From Nitrospirota bacterium (GTDB lineage Bacteria > Nitrospirota > Nitrospiria > Nitrospirales > Nitrospiraceae), in the NCBI GenBank assembly GCA_023248295.1, contig JAHFEU010000003.1:1-48369 (forward strand): a stretch of DNA of 48,369 nt. The letters run 5' to 3'. Made by a program: the position numbers and the translations under genes. Below, in pieces: positions 41,079 to 48,369 of this stretch; positions within the stretch are counted from its first letter, which is position 1, and every line of letters begins with the position of its first letter. The notes beneath the pieces are model-generated. The model saw only the letters and a list, made by a program, of their open reading frames with translations, did no database searches and had not been told where the DNA came from.

Positions 41079-41914
41079 AGGCCGGCCTCGGCTCCTTTCC
41101 CCGCCGCTCGGCAGATCTGCAGCAGCCGCTCCAGCAGCGGCTTCAGGTGATGGAGGGGGACCATGTTGGGACCGTCGGACAAGGCCCTGTCCGGATCCGG
41201 GTGCACCTCCATGAAGAAGCCGTCACAGCCTGCCGCCGCCGCGGCCGAGGCCAGCGGCGTGACGAACTCGCGCTGGCCTGCCGACCGGGTCCCCGCCCCG
41301 CCCGGCAACTGCACGCTGTGGGTGGCGTCGAACACGACCGGGTATCCCAAGCTCCGCATGATCGGCAGCGCGCGCATGTCCACCACGAGGTTGTTGTACC
41401 CGAACGACGACCCTCGCTCGGTCAACAGGATGCGCGAGGCGCCGCTCTCCTCCAGTTTCTTCACGACGTTCCCCATTTCCCACGGCGAGAGGAACTGCCC
41501 CTTTTTCACGTTCACCACTCGCCCGGTCTTGGCCGCCGCGACCAGCAGATCGGTCTGGCGACAGAGAAAGGCCGGAATTTGCAGGATGTCTGCGGCCTCG
41601 GCAGCCTGCGCGGCCTCCTCCGCAGTGTGAATATCGGTCAGCACCGGCACGCCCACCTGCTCTCGGACCTTGCGCAGCACCGCGAGGCCCGAGCGAATGC
41701 CCGGCCCGCGAAAGGAGCTGATCGAGCTGCGGTTCGCCTTATCGTAGGACGACTTGAACACGTAGGGAAAGCCGAGCGCGCGCGTGATCTCGGCGATGCG
41801 CTCAGCGGTCTCCAGCACGATCCGCTCGCTCTCGATCACACACGGACCCGCGATCAGGAAATGCGGATGGGATGCGCCGACTTTGAACGCACCGAGGTCA
41901 ATCTCGCGTGGCAT
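41075..41914 (-). CDS. kdsA: 3-deoxy-8-phosphooctulonate (KDO8P) synthase
   Basis: [11 protein letters not shown]...[17 protein letters not shown]...GL..L..V......PVLTDIH....A.......[14 protein letters not shown]....A.TG..VN.KKGQF are KdsA signatures. Start at ATG 41914 (AAGGA upstream); ATG 41947 is an alternative. Confidence 0.9.
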   Translation of the reverse strand: MPREIDLGAFKVGASHPHFLIAGPCVIESERIVLETAERIAEITRALGFPYVFKSSYDKANRSSISSFRGPGIRSGLAVLRKVREQVGVPVLTDIHTAEEAAQAAEAADILQIPAFLCRQTDLLVAAAKTGRVVNVKKGQFLSPWEMGNVVKKLEESGASRILLTERGSSFGYNNLVVDMRALPIMRSLGYPVVFDATHSVQLPGGAGTRSAGQREFVTPLASAAAAAGCDGFFMEVHPDPDRALSDGPNMVPLHHLKPLLERLLQICRAAGKGAEAGL

Positions 41915-41995
41915 GCCCGATTCCTTCGTGCTTCGATTCGCCCGCATGATTACCTCTTCACATGAGAAGATTCAACAAAGCATGCTCACTCAGCA

Positions 41996-42070
41996 CGAAG
42001 TCCTGAGGGAATGAATTCGTCATTTCAAGCAAGGTCGAAGGATGACGAATTCATGACTCGAAGGACTTCG
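41996..42070. other. long interrupted hairpin in the pyrG-kdsA intergenic region
   Basis: Outer stem cgaagtcct (41996-42004) / aggacttcg (42062-42070). Inner perfect 13-bp stem atgaattcgtcat (42011-42023) / atgacgaattcat (42042-42054). 18-nt loop. No U-tract on either strand. Confidence 0.6.
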
Positions 42071-42090
42071 GCGACGCCCGTCTGGACCCC

Positions 42091-43695
<1,605 letters not shown>

Positions 43696-44496
43696 TCAGG
43701 CCTTTCCGCCGACCTCAACCTTCGCGGCGTCCTTTCCCCGGCGCGCAAGCCGCTGCAAGACCGCCGCCCCCGTGTCGAGATCCTCCCGGGTATCGATCCT
43801 GAGTGACGCATGGTCGGTTTCCCACACGCGGATGCGAATGCCGTGCTCCAGCGCCCGGAGCTGTTCCAGTTGTTCGGCCTCTTCGAGGGGCCCGGTGGGC
43901 AATTCCGCCAGCCGCAACAAGGTCTCGCGTGTGTAGATGTACATGCCGAGGTGCATGTACGGCAACCCGGTCTCTCGTCCACCGGCCTGGTGGTCCCGTC
44001 GGTGAGGAATGGGCTCGCGCGAAAAATAGAGCGCGTCACCGGCGCGGTCCGTCACGACCTTCACGACGGCCGGATTCCGCACGTCGTCCGGCGAGGTCAG
44101 TCTGCGCTTCAGCGTGCCCATGCCCGCCCCGCTCTCCAGAAACGGCGTGACCAAGTCGGCAATCAGCTCCGCGTGGAGGGGAATCTCGTCACCTTGGAGA
44201 TTCACCAGTGTCTGGCCCTCGACCTGTCGCGCCACCGCTGCCACCCGATCGGTCCCGGTCCGGAACGGCCCGGTGGTCATGACGACCGTTCCACCAAACC
44301 CCTTCACCGCCTCGGCGATGCGAGGATCGTCGGTGGCGACCAGCACCCGGCCGACGCCCCGCGAGGCCCGCGCGTGCTCGTAGACGTGCTGGATGAGCGG
44401 CTTGCCCAGCAGCATGGCCAGGGGCTTCCCCGGGAACCGCGACGACCCGAACCGCGCCGGAATCACAACCGTGACGGAGGCACTGCGACTAGGCAT
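43696..44496 (-). CDS. kdsB: 3-deoxy-manno-octulosonate cytidylyltransferase
   Basis: VIPARFGSSRFPGKPLAMLLGKPLIQHVYE......V.RV.VATDD..I are KdsB signatures. Confidence 0.9.
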   Translation of the reverse strand: MPSRSASVTVVIPARFGSSRFPGKPLAMLLGKPLIQHVYEHARASRGVGRVLVATDDPRIAEAVKGFGGTVVMTTGPFRTGTDRVAAVARQVEGQTLVNLQGDEIPLHAELIADLVTPFLESGAGMGTLKRRLTSPDDVRNPAVVKVVTDRAGDALYFSREPIPHRRDHQAGGRETGLPYMHLGMYIYTRETLLRLAELPTGPLEEAEQLEQLRALEHGIRIRVWETDHASLRIDTREDLDTGAAVLQRLARRGKDAAKVEVGGKA

Positions 44497-45553
44497 GCGT
44501 CAGCGCCTCCGAGAGCTGGCGCGCGGTCACCGTGGCGGTGCCGACCACCCCGACCACGATCCCGGCTGCGTGATTCGCGAGCACCGCCCCGTCCCGGATG
44601 GAGGCCCCGGTCGCCAGGGCAAGCGCCAGGGTGCCCACCACCGTGTCGCCGGCCCCGGTGACATCGTACACCTCACGCGCCACCGTCGGAATGTGCCATC
44701 TGGACCCATCGGATTCAAACAGGCTCATGCCCTTTTCCCCACGGGTGACCAGGACCGACTGGCAGCTCAACCGCTGTCGGATGATCTCGCCGGCTTCCTC
44801 GACGGCTTGGTCATCGTCCGCGTGCACGCCGGCGGCCTGCACGGCCTCCAGGTGGTTGGGCGTCACGACGGTGACCCCTTTATAATAGGGAAAATGCTCC
44901 ACTTTGGGATCCACGATAATCGGAATGCGCCGGAGCGCAGCCAGGCGGATGAGCCCCGCCATCAGCGCCGCAGTGACGACGCCTTTGGCATAATCCGAGA
45001 CGACCAGGCAGGAGATCTCCCGCAATCGCGACTCGACGTAGCGAAGAATGCGTTGCTGGAGCGCGGCGTTGATTTCCGCCCGGCGCTCCATGTCGAACCT
45101 GACCACTTGCTGATGGTGTGCGATGATGCGCGTCTTCCTGGTGGTGGGCCGATCCGGGTCGATGACCACGCCTCCCCGTCCCTGCCGACGCACCCCCAAC
45201 TCCTTCAACAACCGCCGCCCGCCCTCATCCGCCCCCACGACCCCGCAGATGTCCGCCCGTCCCCCGAGGGAATGGATATTATTGTAGACATTGGCCGCGC
45301 CCCCGAGCTGCAGCGACTCGGAATCGACCAGGACCACGGGGACCGGGGCCTCGGGAGAGATGCGGCTCACCTTGCCCCAGATGTAATGATCCAGGATCAG
45401 ATCACCCACGACCAGGACGCTCGCCTGGGGAAATCGCTCGAGATGTCGCTGCAACGACTGCAGCGGGGCGCGCGGCAGGCGCGTCGCGTCACCAGCCCGC
45501 TCCTTCGTGGACCCGTTGCGCCCTACTGAATGGCCTTGCCGAGTCGATCCCAT
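44489..45553 (-). CDS. D-glycero-beta-D-manno-heptose-7-phosphate kinase (RfaE domain I / PfkB family, monofunctional)
   Basis: VLVVGDLILDHYIWGKVSRISPEAPVPVV......LGGAANV and the C-terminal DVTGAGDTV. ATG 45553 (GAGGGTGG upstream) overlaps the lepB 3' end by 31 nt. A later TTG (MQRHLERF...) is an alternative start. Confidence 0.85.
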   Translation of the reverse strand: MGSTRQGHSVGRNGSTKERAGDATRLPRAPLQSLQRHLERFPQASVLVVGDLILDHYIWGKVSRISPEAPVPVVLVDSESLQLGGAANVYNNIHSLGGRADICGVVGADEGGRRLLKELGVRRQGRGGVVIDPDRPTTRKTRIIAHHQQVVRFDMERRAEINAALQQRILRYVESRLREISCLVVSDYAKGVVTAALMAGLIRLAALRRIPIIVDPKVEHFPYYKGVTVVTPNHLEAVQAAGVHADDDQAVEEAGEIIRQRLSCQSVLVTRGEKGMSLFESDGSRWHIPTVAREVYDVTGAGDTVVGTLALALATGASIRDGAVLANHAAGIVVGVVGTATVTARQLSEALTHA

Positions 45554-46290
45554 CGCACCCACCCTCGCCAGTCCCCCTGCCCGCTCCACGACCAGTAAAT
45601 CCGGAAGGCCTTTCCCCTGATCTTCTCGGCGCTGACGTACCCCCAAAATCGGCTGTCGAGACTCTGATCCCGGTTGTCACCCATCACAAAGAACATCCCT
45701 GCGGGGATGGTGACCGGACCAAAGTTATCCCGCGGGTTGATCGCGCCGTCAATGACCCCGGGGTCCACCCGTTGCGTATACCCGCGATCATCGAGCGGCG
45801 CCCCGTTCACGAAGACCGCCTTGTTACGGATTTCGACGGTATCGCCGGGCAGGCCCACCACGCGCTTGATGAAATCCTTGTCCTCGTCTTCAGGATACCG
45901 GAACACAATGATGTCCCCCCGCTGAGGCTGGCCGAACGACATCAGCGTTCTGGAGGTATAGCAGGTCACGGGCGGAAAGCCCATGCTGAACCGGCAAGCC
46001 CCCGGCCACTGCAGCCCATAGGAGAGTTTACTGACCAGGATATGATCCCCGATCAGCAGCGTCGGAATCATCGACCCCGATGGAATCTTGAAGGCCTGAA
46101 CCACGAAGATTCGGATCGCGAAGGCCAGCAGCATGGCCACGACGATCGCTTCCGCGTATTCGCGGAGAACTGATTTTCGACGAGCGACCGGGACCGCCAG
46201 GGACTCCGAGGTCGGCGGCGAGACGGCGTCCGCTGAAGATCCCCCCGCCTCCTCCAGACCCGGCTGGACCCCCTGTGGCTTCTGCTCCAT
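45523..46290 (-). CDS. lepB: signal peptidase I
   Basis: IPSGSMIPTLLIGDHILVSK, RGDIIVF and GDNRDQSLDSRFWG are LepB signatures. Start at ATG 46290, 2 nt after the lepA stop. The ORF-track start overlaps lepA. Confidence 0.9.
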   Translation of the reverse strand: MEQKPQGVQPGLEEAGGSSADAVSPPTSESLAVPVARRKSVLREYAEAIVVAMLLAFAIRIFVVQAFKIPSGSMIPTLLIGDHILVSKLSYGLQWPGACRFSMGFPPVTCYTSRTLMSFGQPQRGDIIVFRYPEDEDKDFIKRVVGLPGDTVEIRNKAVFVNGAPLDDRGYTQRVDPGVIDGAINPRDNFGPVTIPAGMFFVMGDNRDQSLDSRFWGYVSAEKIRGKAFRIYWSWSGQGDWRGWVRWDRLGKAIQ

Positions 46291-46292
46291 GG

Positions 46293-48110
46293 CTACTCGT
46301 CGGTCACCTTGAGAAGCGCCAGGAACGCCTCCTGGGGCACCTCGACACGACCCACCTGTTTCATCCGTTTCTTGCCTTCCTTCTGTTTCTCCCACAGCTT
46401 CCGCTTCCGGGTGATGTCCCCGCCATAACATTTGGCGGTAACGTTCTTCTTGAGCGCGCCGACCGTCTCACGAGCGATCACTTTATTCCCGATCGCCGCC
46501 TGGATGGCCACCTCGAACATCTGCTTCGGGATCACTTCCTTCATCCTTTCGGCGAGAAGCCGCCCTCTGAGGTGAGCCTTGTCCCGATGGGTGATGAAAG
46601 AGAGCGCGTCCACCGTCTCCCCGTTGAGCAACACGTCCAGCTTGACGAGGTCTGACTCCCGGTACCCGATCACTTCATAGTCCAGGGAGGCGTACCCCTG
46701 GGTCTTGGACTTCAGACGGTCATAGAAGTCCAGGATGACTTCGTTGAGCGGCAACTCGTAGGTGAGCATGACCCGGCTTGGGTCCAGGTACTGCAGTCCC
46801 ATCTGCACGCCCCGCCGCTCCTGGCAGAGCTGGAGAATATTGCCCACGTAGCGCTCGGGCGTGAGGATCGTGGCGTGAATGAAGGGTTCCTCAAACCGCT
46901 CGATCGTGGACTGCGGGGGAAGTTTCGACGGATTCTCGATGTGCACGGTCTCACCGGACGTCGTGAGGATCCGATAGACGACCGTGGGGGCCGTGGTGAT
47001 CAGGGTCAGCCCGTACTCCCGCTCGAGGCGCTCCTGAATGATCTCCATGTGCAACAAGCCCAGAAACCCGCACCGGAACCCGAATCCCAACGCCAGGGAC
47101 GTTTCCGGCTCATACACGAACGACGAGTCGTTCAAGCGGAGCTTCTGCAGCGCATCGCGCAGGTCTTCAAACTGGGCCGCATCCGTCGAGTACAACCCGC
47201 AGAAGACGAGCGGTTTCACCTCCTTATAGCCCGGGAAGGGAGAGGCCGTGGACCGAGCCGCGTCCGTGAGCGTATCTCCGATCTTCGTGTCAGCGACCTC
47301 TCTCATCCCCGCGCACACATACCCGACCTCGCCCGCCGCGAGCCCGTCGGTCTTCATCCGCTTCGGTGTAAACACGCCCACCTCGCCGACCTCGAAGACC
47401 CGATTATTCGACATCGCGCGAATCTTCATGCCAGGCCGGATCTGGCCATCGAACACGCGGGTCAGCACGATCACGCCCTGGTAATTGTCGAACCACGAAT
47501 CGAAGACCAGCGCTTTCAGCGGCTTGGCCGGATCGCCGGAGGGCGGAGGGATGCGCGCGATGATCGCCTCCAGCACGTCCCGGATTCCCCGGCCTTCCTT
47601 GGCGCTCACCGCCAAGGCGTCCTTGACATCCAGACCCAACACCTCCTGGATTTGCCGCTTGACGCCCTCGATGTCCGCGCTGGGCAGATCAATTTTATTG
47701 ATGACCGGCAGGATCACCAGGTGGTTGCTCACGGCGAGATGTGCGTTGGCGATCGTCTGCGCCTCCACACCCTGGCTCGCATCGACCAAGAGCAACGCGC
47801 CCTCGCAGGCGGCCAGGCTGCGAGAGACTTCATAGGTGAAGTCCACATGGCCAGGCGTATCGATCAGGTGCAGCGAGTAGGTCTGCCCATCGTTGGCCCG
47901 GTATCGGAGGGCGACCGTGTGGGCCTTGATCGTGATGCCCCGCTCACGCTCGAGGTCCATGGCATCGAGGATCTGGTCGCGGAACTCTCGGGCTGTGATG
48001 GCGCCCGTGGCTTCAAGAATCCGGTCAGCGAGGGTAGATTTCCCGTGATCGATGTGCGCGATAATACAAAAGTTCCGGATGTGAGTTTGCAAATCCCTGC
48101 TCTTCCTCAC
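46293..48110 (-). CDS. lepA: translation elongation factor 4
   Basis: [32 protein letters not shown] and the LepA-specific C-terminus ...QAAIG.K.IARET....[23 protein letters not shown] are present. Confidence 0.95.
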   Translation of the reverse strand: MRKSRDLQTHIRNFCIIAHIDHGKSTLADRILEATGAITAREFRDQILDAMDLERERGITIKAHTVALRYRANDGQTYSLHLIDTPGHVDFTYEVSRSLAACEGALLLVDASQGVEAQTIANAHLAVSNHLVILPVINKIDLPSADIEGVKRQIQEVLGLDVKDALAVSAKEGRGIRDVLEAIIARIPPPSGDPAKPLKALVFDSWFDNYQGVIVLTRVFDGQIRPGMKIRAMSNNRVFEVGEVGVFTPKRMKTDGLAAGEVGYVCAGMREVADTKIGDTLTDAARSTASPFPGYKEVKPLVFCGLYSTDAAQFEDLRDALQKLRLNDSSFVYEPETSLALGFGFRCGFLGLLHMEIIQERLEREYGLTLITTAPTVVYRILTTSGETVHIENPSKLPPQSTIERFEEPFIHATILTPERYVGNILQLCQERRGVQMGLQYLDPSRVMLTYELPLNEVILDFYDRLKSKTQGYASLDYEVIGYRESDLVKLDVLLNGETVDALSFITHRDKAHLRGRLLAERMKEVIPKQMFEVAIQAAIGNKVIARETVGALKKNVTAKCYGGDITRKRKLWEKQKEGKKRMKQVGRVEVPQEAFLALLKVTDE

Positions 48111-48215
48111 AAAATCGGTTCATTATAGTAACTCATCCGCACGTTGTCAAAGAGTTGTCAACGGGTCCACGCGCCATTATAATCCGCACACCCTGGCCGG
48201 TCTGCGAGGACTCAC

Positions 48216-48369
48216 GTGACGCGACGACTCCGTTCCCACGAGCTTGCCGAGTGGGATCGTATGCACCTGTGGCACCCGTTTACCCAAATGCAGGAATGGG
48301 AGCAGGAAAGCCCCCTGATCGTCGAGCGGGGCAAGGGTCCCTACCTCATCGACGGTCTCGGAAGGAAAT
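48216..48369 (+). CDS. bioA: adenosylmethionine-8-amino-7-oxononanoate aminotransferase, 5' fragment (runs off the window)
   Basis: Open-ended ORF not in the track. GTG 48216 has GAGGA 5 nt upstream. Translation VTRRLRSHELAEWDRMHLWHPFTQMQEWEQESPLIVERGKGPYLIDGLGRK shows the BioA N-terminal pattern (H.WHPFTQM....PL.I.RG.G..L.D..G). Confidence 0.6.
   Translation, partial: MTRRLRSHELAEWDRMHLWHPFTQMQEWEQESPLIVERGKGPYLIDGLGRK

Overview
GC-rich bacterial chromosomal segment. The lineage cannot be determined by eye; the style is compatible with a Nitrospirota-like organism, but this is unverified.

From about 8.6 kb to the right end the window is dense, mostly housekeeping coding sequence:
- scpA and scpB
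- a YdiJ-like FAD/Fe-S oxidoreductase followed by a small diheme c-type cytochrome and a MoaD-like protein
- accA
- dnaE interrupted by a 459-aa LAGLIDADG intein
- purH, purD, tsaC
- an aminotransferase, coaD, rsmD
- radC, an algH-like gene, an EF-G paralog, htrA
- a long minus-strand envelope/translation cluster: lepA-lepB-heptose kinase-kdsB-pyrG-kdsA-kdsD-pgsA-plsY
- the 5' end of bioA at the window edge

The left ~8.5 kb looks accessory:
- AT-richer intergenic DNA
- an orphan 612-aa lipoprotein, a ComEA-like HhH protein and a BamE-like lipoprotein
- three minus-strand type II toxin-antitoxin cassettes (ParE-like, RelE-like, VapBC) separated by four copies of a ~100-nt repeat; two of the three toxins look damaged
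- directly abutting this array, a translationally coupled gene pair encoding a heme-oxygenase-like diiron-type enzyme and a SAM methyltransferase with a PqqD-like N-terminus and MidA-like motifs

That gene pair is my best candidate for an uncharacterised system.

No rRNA, tRNA or CRISPR array was found. Many long ORFs in the supplied track are antisense shadow ORFs of GC-rich genes and were not called. Several start codons were moved downstream of the ORF-track start on Shine-Dalgarno evidence.
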